From Candidatus Obscuribacteraceae bacterium (GTDB lineage: Bacteria > Cyanobacteriota > Vampirovibrionia > Obscuribacterales > Obscuribacteraceae), in assembly GCA_044226015.1 (NCBI GenBank), contig JBGAHS010000003.1, forward strand, positions 512,001 through 576,000: 64,000 nucleotides of DNA. The letters run 5' to 3'. Position numbers and translations under genes: made by a program. Each line of letters begins with the position of its first letter. Position 1 is the stretch's first letter. The notes beneath the pieces were generated by a model. That model searched no databases, was not told where the DNA came from, and worked only from the letters and a program-made list of their open reading frames with translations. Below are positions 32,833-42,456 of the stretch, piece by piece.

Positions 32833-33600
32833 ATGAGTACCAAACTCAGCAAGCGGTTCATTACCGCCGCGGCAGCCCTTCCTCTGGGATGGCCGCCGAA
32901 AAATCTGCTCGCGCAGAAAGAAATGTTCGTGAAGAAGGTCGTCTTCGACCTGCACGGACCGATCCTCGACTTCAACGGTCCCTTCCTCGCTCACCTCGCC
33001 GGCCTCTACAACAAGAAGCTGGACGTGTCGATGCTGGACCACTACAACATGGGCTACAACGTCGGCATGCCGATCACCCCGCACCAGTTCCAGCGTGGGC
33101 TGCAGAACTTCGGGCGTCTGGCGCACGGCGGCTTCCGAGACCTTCCGGCGATGCCTGGCATCGTCGAGGCTTTGAAGCAGATCCAGGACGCCGGCATCAA
33201 GGTGGAAATCTGGACCTATGCCCCTGGCGCCACCGACTACAGCCATGACACGCTGTTGTCGAACGGCACCGGCATCGCCCAGCTCGCCACGCTGGAGTGC
33301 ATCGAAGCTCTGGGCATCGTCAAGGACGTGCACAAGCAGGTTCGCTTCATCAAGCCGGAGGCGAAGGCTCCCGGCATGGCAGCGGAACACATCCCGCTCA
33401 TCGTCGAAGACCACCCCGTCACTGCTGTGACTGCGGGTGCGGCCTACGGCAACGCAGCGATCCTCGTTCCTGAGCACTACAACCGGGGCGTCAGCGCTCC
33501 TGGTGTTCTCAGGCTGGACAATCGGGCCGACCTGGCTCCCGCCATCATCAGCTTCTTCGCGGAGCTCGAGAAGGCGGGTTGTCTCATCGGCGGGCGCTAA
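32833..33600 (+). CDS. HAD hydrolase, 5'(3')-deoxyribonucleotidase (NT5C)-like
   Basis: VVFDLHGPILDF, FRDLPAMPGIVEAL, IWT, K, LIVEDHP, ILVPEHYNR; AAGGAG RBS. Confidence 0.7.
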   Translation: MSTKLSKRFITAAAALPLGWPPKNLLAQKEMFVKKVVFDLHGPILDFNGPFLAHLAGLYNKKLDVSMLDHYNMGYNVGMPITPHQFQRGLQNFGRLAHGGFRDLPAMPGIVEALKQIQDAGIKVEIWTYAPGATDYSHDTLLSNGTGIAQLATLECIEALGIVKDVHKQVRFIKPEAKAPGMAAEHIPLIVEDHPVTAVTAGAAYGNAAILVPEHYNRGVSAPGVLRLDNRADLAPAIISFFAELEKAGCLIGGR

Positions 33601-33732
33601 GCCCTTTTCTGAAGGTTCCGGCTGAGCTGTTTATCACGCGTATCCACGCAATAGCGTGCAGGCAGTCGCTTGCACGCTATCTACTTTTAACGCTCAGTCG
33701 GACCTGAGCACTACTCACAGGAGAAAATAGCC

Positions 33733-34953
33733 ATGGGACGACCCTTACGTAATGGCGGTAATTCCTTCCAGGTGGCGATTCGCCCTCTGGTCAAGACCTG
33801 CCCCGAAGAGACTGGCATCAACCGCCTCAGTCTGCCGGACGGCACCAAGATTCTCGTTCTCGCTCACGCGTACTTCCCGAGTCACGACCGTGAGCTTCAC
33901 ACCGCGATCACCAAGCTTCTCAAGTCCGAGAAGCCGGAGGTCACGATTCTTCTCGGTGGCATGATTCACGAGGAAGCCTTCAAGGCTGTTCTCGATGACG
34001 AAGACACCGTCACCAAGCTCACCAAGGCCTACGTGCCGCCGGAAATCCAGAAGATCATGGCGGAGCACACTGGCGTCGAGAAGCGCTTCCTCGAGCTGGC
34101 GAAGATGGGTGGACAGTACATCGCCGAGTTCCAGAAAGCTTCTGGCGGGCACGTGTACTACATCCCGTCTGTCACCGGCATGCTCCCGAACGAAGTCGAC
34201 ATCATGCGCTTCGTGCTCGAGCAGAAGGAACGCCTGGACGCCTGGGCGGACAAGCATCCGGATGAAGCCGTCATCGGCCCGGATATCCCGAAGGACTTCG
34301 CGACCTTCCTGGGACTGAACAGCAACCCGAACATCACGGTGCTGCCGTTCGGCTCGTCGCTGGTGGTCAACGACAGCTCGATGTTCGTCATCGGCGATTT
34401 CCGTCGTCGCAACCCGCTCACCGCAGCGCGCACGCAGGGCGCCAACTACCCCGACATGGATGTGGTCGTGGTCGGCTTCGACGGCAAGTCGTCGTCGGCT
34501 TACGAGACCTTCCCGCTGAACACGATGCCCGAGCCAACTCGTCGCTTCCGTGCCTACCACGAAGTGGGCAACCTCTTCGACCTCAGCAAGGGCATCGGCT
34601 ACCTGCGCAACTACGACCTCCGGGCCAAGGGTGTGGTCTACGGAGAAGTTCGCAGCGGACGCTATCACGCCTGGTCGGTTCCGGCTCTGGCTGGTAACGA
34701 CGGACGGCGTGCGTTCAACATCTACAACCGCATCTACCAGGAAGATGACTTCAACCCTGGCATGCGGAACATCGCGCTTCCGACTCCGGCTTCCGTCAAC
34801 GGACTGGCGAAGAAGCCTGCTTCGGCTGCGGCTCCTGCGAAGGTCACCGCGAAGAAGCCTGCTTCGGCTGCGGCTCCTGCCAAGGTCACCGCGAAGAAGA
34901 AGCCTGCCAGCAATGCCACCAAGGCGAAGCCGGGCAGCAAGAAGAAGAGCTAA
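33733..34953 (+). CDS. inactive metallophosphoesterase paralog with histone H1-like Lys/Ala/Pro tail
   Basis: Colinear with the 31821 protein but metal ligands replaced; AKKPASAAAPAKVT repeats; AGGAG RBS. Confidence 0.75.
   Translation: MGRPLRNGGNSFQVAIRPLVKTCPEETGINRLSLPDGTKILVLAHAYFPSHDRELHTAITKLLKSEKPEVTILLGGMIHEEAFKAVLDDEDTVTKLTKAYVPPEIQKIMAEHTGVEKRFLELAKMGGQYIAEFQKASGGHVYYIPSVTGMLPNEVDIMRFVLEQKERLDAWADKHPDEAVIGPDIPKDFATFLGLNSNPNITVLPFGSSLVVNDSSMFVIGDFRRRNPLTAARTQGANYPDMDVVVVGFDGKSSSAYETFPLNTMPEPTRRFRAYHEVGNLFDLSKGIGYLRNYDLRAKGVVYGEVRSGRYHAWSVPALAGNDGRRAFNIYNRIYQEDDFNPGMRNIALPTPASVNGLAKKPASAAAPAKVTAKKPASAAAPAKVTAKKKPASNATKAKPGSKKKS
34807..34905 (+). repeat. 42-bp coding tandem repeat, 2 copies plus a partial third
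   Basis: gcgaagaagcctgcttcggctgcggctcctgc(g/c)aaggtcacc. Confidence 0.9.
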
Positions 34954-34979
34954 TCCCTAGCCCAGCGGGACACTGGCTA

Positions 34980-35075
34980 CGCACATCCCGGGTGCCGGCA
35001 AGCAAAAGCAGAAATGCTAATGCTTGTTCGGCGCCCGGGATCTTGTGCGGGGATTCAGCTCTTCTTTCTTTTTTG
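34980..35075 (+). terminator. long imperfect hairpin followed by U-rich tract
   Basis: CGCACATCCCGGGTGCCGGCAAGCA...TGCTTGTTCGGCGCCCGGGATCTTGTGCG then TCTTCTTTCTTTTTT. Confidence 0.6.
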
Positions 35076-35179
35076 CCTCGCCTTCTACTATTAGCCTTAG
35101 TATCTCACAAGGCGAAAAGGGTGAACACTTTCACTGCCGAATGAAATGATTCAACAGCGGCTGCCTGCTGAAAGCTAGC

Positions 35180-35626
35180 TCAATACCGGCTTTCGTCACA
35201 CTGCAAACACATGAGCCCGAGCGATCTCCATCCTTGAACAGCCGTCTCTCGATCATCAATCACAAGCCAGGGCTCAAATCCGTGCTTGTGCATAAGGCTC
35301 AGCATTTCACTTTTCACAGTTCCATCCGCACGACGGTCAGAGTCTCCGCGCAAATATATCTTCTCGTACGGCACATCATATTTGCCGAGCCAGGCTTCTG
35401 TCGCCTTTCGAAGCCTCTCCGGCCGTCCGCTTGCAATAAGAATGGCATTGTTTTTTGCAAGCTCTTGCGCCAGTCGAACTATTTGCTGACGTGGCAAGTC
35501 TTCAGCACAAGCAGCAAAAAACCGCTCCCAATCTTTTTTCTGTCGCTGAACAAAATGCAGCCTGTGAGTGCAATCTGCTAGAGTTCCATCAACATCAAAA
35601 ATTACAGCAGCCTTTCTCATTTCCAC
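35180..35626 (-). CDS. HAD phosphatase resembling the 3'-phosphatase domain of phage polynucleotide kinase/phosphatase
   Basis: IFDVDGTLA, SGRPE, LRGDSDRRADGTVK, VIDDR...WRSLGLMCLQ; no kinase domain. Confidence 0.8.
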   Translation of the reverse strand: MEMRKAAVIFDVDGTLADCTHRLHFVQRQKKDWERFFAACAEDLPRQQIVRLAQELAKNNAILIASGRPERLRKATEAWLGKYDVPYEKIYLRGDSDRRADGTVKSEMLSLMHKHGFEPWLVIDDRETAVQGWRSLGLMCLQCDESRY

Positions 35627-35708
35627 CTACGCCACCGCTGGCGACACCATTCAACAATCACTAGACACTGATGTATTATATCTTCTATTGCAGCGGCGGA
35701 GAATAATC

Positions 35709-36149
35709 ATGACTACAGACGAACATATGAATGAAGCCATTCAGCAAGCGCGAAAAGGCTTCGCAGAAGGCGGCATACCCATCGGCTCTGTCTTAGTCAG
35801 AGCTGGAAAAATCATCGGAAAAGGTCATAACAGGCGCCTGCAGCATGGTGACCCTACGGCCCATGGTGAAATTGACTGCCTGCGCAATGCCGGTAGACAG
35901 AGAAGCTACAAAGACACAGTAATATACTCAACCTTAATGCCCTGCAACATGTGCGCCGGAGCCATAGTTCAGTTTGGAATACCGAAGGTGATTGCTGGAG
36001 AAGATAAGACGTTTCCCAGCGCTAGAAAATTCATGGAAGCCAACGGCGTCGAGGTCATAGATCTCAACTTAAGCGAGTGCTACGAATTGCTGCAGGAATT
36101 CAAAAGACTGCATCCAGAAGCCTGGGACGAAGACATAGGCGTCGACTAG
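35709..36149 (+). CDS. cytosine/nucleoside deaminase (yeast FCY1-like)
   Basis: EGGIPIG, AHGE, STLMPCNMC, WDEDIG. Confidence 0.9.
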   Translation: MTTDEHMNEAIQQARKGFAEGGIPIGSVLVRAGKIIGKGHNRRLQHGDPTAHGEIDCLRNAGRQRSYKDTVIYSTLMPCNMCAGAIVQFGIPKVIAGEDKTFPSARKFMEANGVEVIDLNLSECYELLQEFKRLHPEAWDEDIGVD

Positions 36150-36661
36150 TCTTTAAGGAAACTTCTGCTTAGCTCATCTTGACTTAGACTTGCTTTGACG
36201 CCCTCATGCTTCAACTCAGCAGCCAGAAAGGCATCGCGCCGGAAAGCACCAGTCACAGACATCGTTAGAATACGCCTTTCATCAAGAGCAATCTCAAAAC
36301 TAATCTGCCTGCTGTCCGGCGAGACATTGAACCCGCTCGTCAGATCTATCGCCAGATAATCCCTAAACAAAGACTCAATCGCCTGGGCATAGTCAAGGAG
36401 ATACGCATCGTCAGCTTCTCGAACACAATTTTTCATACTCTGACCAAGGGCACGCATTCCATTTCGGAAGATCTTGCTGACGGCGTTTTTCGCCTCCACA
36501 GCAGGGTCGGCGCAGATATTTCGTGGCACTCGCCGCGCAGAATTCTCAAAACCGCTGCAGATATCAACAGCCTCTAGAGAGCCGTCAATTTCGTACTGGG
36601 GAGCCTCCCGAAGGATGTCGGAAGCTTTCACTAGCTCATTTCTCAACTGCTCAAATTTCAT
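36146..36661 (-). CDS. hypothetical protein
   Basis: GGAG RBS before ATG 36661; stop overlaps the deaminase stop. Confidence 0.55.
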   Translation of the reverse strand: MKFEQLRNELVKASDILREAPQYEIDGSLEAVDICSGFENSARRVPRNICADPAVEAKNAVSKIFRNGMRALGQSMKNCVREADDAYLLDYAQAIESLFRDYLAIDLTSGFNVSPDSRQISFEIALDERRILTMSVTGAFRRDAFLAAELKHEGVKASLSQDELSRSFLKD

Positions 36662-36873
36662 GCGGTATCTCCGGCGTAATAGCATATTAAAGCCAGCGGT
36701 CTGAAAATTTCTTGAGAACCCAGGAGATACTTTATAAGTGCTGAATCAGAATATCAGCCGTAAAGAGAGCTAGAAGAATAGTCATTATCTAGAAAATTCT
36801 GCGAGAATTGCCTAAACTCCATTATGTTTGCGGGTATAGATAAAGCAGGCGGGCTAAATCTGCAAGGCATTTC

Positions 36874-39234
36874 ATGACAAGCTTTGACAATCAATTCCAG
36901 GACCTGAAAGTTCAATTCGTCGCGCGCTCGAAAGATCGCCTCGCCGCGATTGAATCTCTTCTTACTAGATTGCAACAAAATCCCGCAGATATCAGCATCC
37001 TGCGTCAGGTCATGCAACATTTCCACTGGCTTGCAGGCTCTGGAGGCACCTACGGCTTCAATGACATCACGCAGTGGGGAACTTATGGAGAAGAACTCTG
37101 CGACTACCTTCTGAAGCTACAAGCACCAGTGACAGCAGCAGATCACGAAAAGCTTATGACGGCTTTAAGCACAGTCGAGCAACTTTTTGCAGCTCAAGTA
37201 GCACCGCCCACTCATTCGATGACAGGCGAAGTTCAAACAAAAATGAAAGGCACTTCTGAGCTTCTCATTCCTCCGGGCGCATTGATGAACTCCATTCAGG
37301 AAGCCGGAAACAGAACAAACCCGAATGCCTTTAACCAGTTGAGTTCAATGGGAAGCACCAATAATTACACAAAGCCAGACCCGGGCGCAGGCGCGCAAAC
37401 GACGGGATACACTGACCCTGGCTATACATCGAGCCAAAAGAACCCCGGCTATCAATCGAGCGATTCGAGCTATAACACCGGAGCCCAAGCAGGCAAGCCT
37501 AGTTCTGATTACAACACCAGCGGATATCAACAAAGCAGGCAAACTAACTCCTACAACAAAACCGGCGGCGAAGCTTATGGACAAAATCCTTCCGGTGCAG
37601 CCTATCCGAGCGCAAATACTGGCTATGGCACTGGCGCTGCCCCGGCAAGCAATCCTCCTATCACAGGACAGCCAGGTTATACAGCGCCCGCCAGCTCTGG
37701 AAATGCGATTCCTCCGTCGACCGGCGCTCCCCCGCAGAAGGAAACCGGCGCTTTTCCAATAAATCAAACAGTTGATAGCTACAGCAGGAATACCTCGCAA
37801 CAACAGCTTCCTCCAAAGACCTCAGGTCCCTATGACACAAGAGTCATAGAGAATCAGGGAGTCGCACCACCACTTTCGTTTCAACCACAAAATGCAACGC
37901 AAGATTCCACTCTGCTGAGCGCAAGACCAGGCACAGCTGAAGCACGTAAACCCTCACGGTTAGCGCATATACCCGCAAACCGAAAATTTGCCATTTTTGT
38001 TGATAACAACCTGGCGAATTTAGCACCACTTAAACAAACGGTTGAAGAGCGAGGGCTAATCGTAGAGGGCTTTTCTAGTGCGTCCGAAGTAAAAAACGCT
38101 TGCGTCGAACGCCTTCCCGACTTGCTTATCATCGGCGCTCCGCTAATAGATAATAATGGCTATGAACTAGTTGAACACATACGTGCTCTTGAAGCTGGAC
38201 ACAAACCAATAGTGCTTCTGCTGACTCAACAGGCTGCATTCCTGGACAAGGTTCAAGCCATTAGAGCGGGTGCTGATGCCTTTTTTGAATATCCAGCTGA
38301 GCTATCTGATCTCATAGACAAAATACATACACTTCTTGAACGTGACAAAAACGAGAGCTATAAGATCCTCTCTGTAGAGGACGACCCCGACCAGGCAAAC
38401 TTCATAAAGTTGACACTGCAATCAGCCGGCTACAACGTTTTGCACATCTCAGACCCAAAACAGTTTGAAGAGCACTTCCTTTCCTTTGAGCCAGATCTTG
38501 TTACGCTCGACGTTTTACTTGGCGATTTGACGGGCTTTGAATTAGCCAAATATATTAGACAGAATGACCGTTTCGCCACCTTGCCAATCATATTTTTGAC
38601 CACACAAAACAAATTGCATCAACACATCAGAAGTGCCATCGCCGGTGGTGACGAGCACCTCATCAAACCAGTTCCGCCCCAACTGCTGATTGCAACGGTA
38701 GCAAGCCGACTAGAGAGAGCACGAGCCCTTAAACGCTTGATTGATCGCGACGGACTGACTCGATGTTTGAACTATGGCAGCTTCATGGAACGAGCCCAGA
38801 AACTGGCTACGCCTGAGGGATACCGCTCGGCTCCTGCAATGATGATGATCGACATAGATAATATGAAACGCATCAACGAAAAATTGGGTTACGCAGCTGG
38901 TGACCGCATCATCTCAAACATAGCAAACATGCTGCTTAAGGGCTTCCGCAATACCGATTTGATCGCACGATTTAGCAACGATGAATTTGCTATAGTCCTG
39001 GAACATTTGAACGTCCAACAGCTACAATCGTTGTCCTCGCAAGTATTGGGCGCCATCAGCGGCACACCTCAACTAGTGCGCGGTCGCTCTGTTTCCGTCA
39101 CATGCAGCGGCGGCGTAGCAGTATTAGAACAGGGCATGTCGATTCAAGAGTGGCTGAGTTCGGCTCAAGATGCACTGAAACGAGCGAAAGAAGCGGGCGG
39201 CAATAGAGCCATCGTCAAAGCAGCTTCGAGGTAA
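36874..39234 (+). CDS. Hpt - low-complexity linker - pseudoREC - REC - degenerate GGDEF protein
   Basis: FHWLAGSGGTYGF; REC2 VEDD...VTLD; RNTD I-site with SNDEF. Confidence 0.85.
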   Translation: MTSFDNQFQDLKVQFVARSKDRLAAIESLLTRLQQNPADISILRQVMQHFHWLAGSGGTYGFNDITQWGTYGEELCDYLLKLQAPVTAADHEKLMTALSTVEQLFAAQVAPPTHSMTGEVQTKMKGTSELLIPPGALMNSIQEAGNRTNPNAFNQLSSMGSTNNYTKPDPGAGAQTTGYTDPGYTSSQKNPGYQSSDSSYNTGAQAGKPSSDYNTSGYQQSRQTNSYNKTGGEAYGQNPSGAAYPSANTGYGTGAAPASNPPITGQPGYTAPASSGNAIPPSTGAPPQKETGAFPINQTVDSYSRNTSQQQLPPKTSGPYDTRVIENQGVAPPLSFQPQNATQDSTLLSARPGTAEARKPSRLAHIPANRKFAIFVDNNLANLAPLKQTVEERGLIVEGFSSASEVKNACVERLPDLLIIGAPLIDNNGYELVEHIRALEAGHKPIVLLLTQQAAFLDKVQAIRAGADAFFEYPAELSDLIDKIHTLLERDKNESYKILSVEDDPDQANFIKLTLQSAGYNVLHISDPKQFEEHFLSFEPDLVTLDVLLGDLTGFELAKYIRQNDRFATLPIIFLTTQNKLHQHIRSAIAGGDEHLIKPVPPQLLIATVASRLERARALKRLIDRDGLTRCLNYGSFMERAQKLATPEGYRSAPAMMMIDIDNMKRINEKLGYAAGDRIISNIANMLLKGFRNTDLIARFSNDEFAIVLEHLNVQQLQSLSSQVLGAISGTPQLVRGRSVSVTCSGGVAVLEQGMSIQEWLSSAQDALKRAKEAGGNRAIVKAASR

Positions 39235-39240
39235 GCACCC

Positions 39241-40881
39241 GTGTCTGTTCATGAGTGGCAAGAAAAATTCGGTGCCCTGCGCGATAAATTCCTCAAGCGT
39301 TCTCACGAAAGACTTCCCGCTTTGCTTGAGATGCTGGCTTTTCTCGAAGAACACCCTGCAGATGAAGAATGCCTGAAAGAAGTGAGACAGTTATTTCACT
39401 GGTACGCAGGTTCTGGCGGCGTCTATGGCTATGACCAGGTAAGTGATTTGGGACTGCAAGCAGAGTCTTTATGCGACGCTAATTTGCATCAAAACAGCCC
39501 CCTTTCACAAACTGATCAGACAACGCTCAAGAACATTGCTTTGTCAATTCAATCGCAAATGGACTCTAGCGAAGAACCAGCACTGCCTGCGGTTCCGATT
39601 GCACAGTCAGCGAAAACAGACAATAAAGATTACATCTTGCTGCTTGCTCAGAGCTCCAACAACATCGAGAAAATTCTTAGCGGTCTTCAAAAAAACGGAA
39701 CAAGAATAGAACAAACAAGCGACTCAGCACACGCCACAAGCCTTATTAACAGGCGCTTACCCGAGGCTTTTATCGCATCATTACCGCTCGACGACTGCGA
39801 TGCTTGCAGTATGGCCAGATTGATTAGAGATTGCCCTGGAGGTGAACGTCCTCCGATCATTTTTCTCAGCCGCCAATCGGGCTTTCTCGATAAGGTAGAG
39901 GCGATAAAAGCAGGTATAGACAGCTTCTTTGAGCACCCGCTTGACGAAGAACAAATACTCCAAAAGCTCAACCATCTTCTTGAAAGAGACAAGCCTGAAA
40001 CCTTCAAAATACTATCTGTTGAAGATGACCCCGACCAGGCTGAATTTATCAAACTTACGCTCGAATCTGCTGGTTACACAGTAGTGTCGCTTCAGGATCC
40101 GACAAAATTCGAAGAAACTTTTTTGAAAACTGAGCCCGACCTTGTTTTGCTAGACGTGATGCTAGGCGCAATGACCGGGTTTGAACTAGCCCAGTACATC
40201 AGGCAGCAAGACAGATACGCAGCACTTCCAGTAGTATTTTTGACCACCGAAAATGCGCTCGATATGCATGTAAAAAGTGCGCGTATCGGTGGTGATGACC
40301 ATCTTATCAAACCCATTGCGCCACAATTACTTGCAGCTGCAATCTCCGGACGGCTCGAGAAGGCACGCATACTGCGCAAACTAATTGAAAGAGATGGCTT
40401 GAGTGGATGCCTCAGCTTCGGGGCTTTCATGGACAAAGCCATAGCATTCACTCAGAGTAAAACAGAAGAAGATAAGCTTATCTTGCTCTTGTTCGACATT
40501 GATTCTATGCGCATCATAAACGATAGATTTGGATACGCAGTCGGCGATAAAGTCATCTCATCAGTTGGAAGAAAAATCAGCAAAATGCTGCGCAATGCCA
40601 GCTTGTTGGGCAGAGTATCTGGCGATCGTTTCGCGGCTATCATCGAAGGACTGTCGATTTCAGCAGCAATCAAGCTCAGCTCGGAAGTCATTGACGACCT
40701 CAGCAAGCTTCAACAATACGCAGCCAATGGTAACTTTCATTGCACAACAAGCGCAGCCTGCATTCCTCTGCAAAAAAATGAAGAGTTTCGCAGTCGCTTG
40801 AGCTTTGCTGAAAGTCAGCTCAAAGAGGCGAAAGAACGAGGCGGAAATCAGGTCGCTTGCGAGAAAGTTTCAACACTCTGA
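39241..40881 (+). CDS. Hpt - pseudoREC - REC - degenerate GGDEF protein (paralog)
   Basis: FHWYAGSGGVYGY; VEDD...VLLD; RVSGDRF. Confidence 0.85.
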   Translation: MSVHEWQEKFGALRDKFLKRSHERLPALLEMLAFLEEHPADEECLKEVRQLFHWYAGSGGVYGYDQVSDLGLQAESLCDANLHQNSPLSQTDQTTLKNIALSIQSQMDSSEEPALPAVPIAQSAKTDNKDYILLLAQSSNNIEKILSGLQKNGTRIEQTSDSAHATSLINRRLPEAFIASLPLDDCDACSMARLIRDCPGGERPPIIFLSRQSGFLDKVEAIKAGIDSFFEHPLDEEQILQKLNHLLERDKPETFKILSVEDDPDQAEFIKLTLESAGYTVVSLQDPTKFEETFLKTEPDLVLLDVMLGAMTGFELAQYIRQQDRYAALPVVFLTTENALDMHVKSARIGGDDHLIKPIAPQLLAAAISGRLEKARILRKLIERDGLSGCLSFGAFMDKAIAFTQSKTEEDKLILLLFDIDSMRIINDRFGYAVGDKVISSVGRKISKMLRNASLLGRVSGDRFAAIIEGLSISAAIKLSSEVIDDLSKLQQYAANGNFHCTTSAACIPLQKNEEFRSRLSFAESQLKEAKERGGNQVACEKVSTL

Positions 40882-41488
40882 TTGTTAGCGCTAGTTGCGT
40901 CGGCAGCCTCGCATCGCAAAACACTTAGAGGAGCGCCAACAGTCCAATCCTTCTTCTTGCAGCTGACTCTCGAATAAACTGAAGATAGAGTTCTCGTGCC
41001 CCGTTGAATTTCTTCTGCAAGAAACCAGATTAACAAGCATTAAAAACCAACTTGAGCAATTGAAAGCAGCCAACAGCGCTGACCGAAAGCTTCAAATCCT
41101 TAAAACCAGGCTCTCTGACCCACTCGTGAATCGAGCGAAAAGCCAAGCCTGCTCAACTTCTGCAGAATTGCGACAAAAGTGAATGTCTTAAGAATTTTCT
41201 TGAGACAGGCATCAAATAGAAAGTGCCAGAGCGGCTCTTTTAGCGCAAGCTTGCAAAAGCTTTTCGGGCACAAATGCGGTATTTCCCACCACACATCGCC
41301 ACAAGCCTTGTGAACAGACAGTGCCATTGCGCAGGCTGAGAATCATCTTCTCCACCTACTCTGACTACTGCAACCAAACAACCACAGACGTTTCCCATCA
41401 AGCAACACTTTTCGCGCGACACCAAATATGGTGCCGCGCTGATTCTACATTGTCAATTAGCCAGTAAGAATTGGAGTCGAAAAAAAAT

Positions 41489-41854
41489 ATGCAGGTAGAT
41501 TGGTGCACCCAACCCACGGGTGCTATAGCTCAAGCAATCGAGATTTTCAAGCTAAAGTCACTTGGCTGGCGTGGCTTTGAAGAACTCGATTGGGTAAAAG
41601 CTATTCACTTCAAGTACCCTCTCGTCCGTGAAATCGCCTTGAAATGCTCTTCCATCAGGGGCACGATGATTGAGGAGGTTTTGCAATTGATTGCTTCAGC
41701 AAAGCCCGAGGATAAACCGATAATTCAAAGTTTCTTCGTTTGCAAACTTGCCCTCGAAGAACTGAGCTGCAGAATGAACGGAGCCGGGGCAGGCATGTGC
41801 GACAAACGCGCCGCCTACATGGAAATTTTTCATACCCTGGCAAAGTCCGTTTAA
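41489..41854 (+). CDS. hypothetical protein
   Basis: Open frame with GGAG upstream; no family recognised. Confidence 0.45.
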   Translation: MQVDWCTQPTGAIAQAIEIFKLKSLGWRGFEELDWVKAIHFKYPLVREIALKCSSIRGTMIEEVLQLIASAKPEDKPIIQSFFVCKLALEELSCRMNGAGAGMCDKRAAYMEIFHTLAKSV

Positions 41855-42100
41855 GCAGCAATAGCAAAGGCGGAACAGAGCACCACTCTGTTCGCTTTTG
41901 CATTTTAAAATGTTCTACTACGGCACTTCGTAAAGCAAGCAAATAACGAATAACAAAGACCAGAGGAAGGAAAAAGCGAGCTTGCGAAAAGCCCCAGTCC
42001 AGAATGCAGCAACAAACAGTGGCTGCTGTTCAACTCACACTGTTAATGGCAAAGCGAAGGGCTTACAGTTTTGGCTGGCCCGCAATTTTGGTGGATTGCT

Positions 42101-42361
42101 ATGAATTTGGAAGATCGCAAAGATACAACTTCCTCAATCGATGAAGGAAGCACAAACGCTCTCAGCCAGGAGGCACAGCGCCTGCAGCTAGCCGCTGCCA
42201 AAGCTGATTTACCTGACAAAGTAAGAATTGACCCAATTCCTCCGTGGAAACCAGACCCGCCATGCAACGGGCCTTTTGACCCATTTTGCAAACCAGACGA
42301 CCTACCCATGCCGTGGGACCCAAAACCAAAACCGAAACATCCTCCTAAGCGCAAAGGCTGA
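42101..42361 (+). CDS. small Pro-rich hypothetical protein
   Basis: Acidic/helical N-terminus, Pro/Asp/Lys-rich C-terminus with 2 Cys. Confidence 0.5.
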   Translation: MNLEDRKDTTSSIDEGSTNALSQEAQRLQLAAAKADLPDKVRIDPIPPWKPDPPCNGPFDPFCKPDDLPMPWDPKPKPKHPPKRKG

Positions 42362-42456
42362 TAGCGGCAGAAACCTACTAATACCAATCGTAGCTCGTCC
42401 ACAAAAACGGCGAGCCAGAAAAGACGCAAGAGTGCGTCAGTTCTGGCCCGCGAAGT

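Noticed and set aside
31902..34668. Long minus-strand ORFs (301, 220, 307 aa)
   Set aside because: Antisense shadows of the GC3-rich operon with no motifs of their own
40882..41470. Short ORFs in the gap after the GGDEF pair
   Set aside because: No motif, RBS or coherent composition to support any of them
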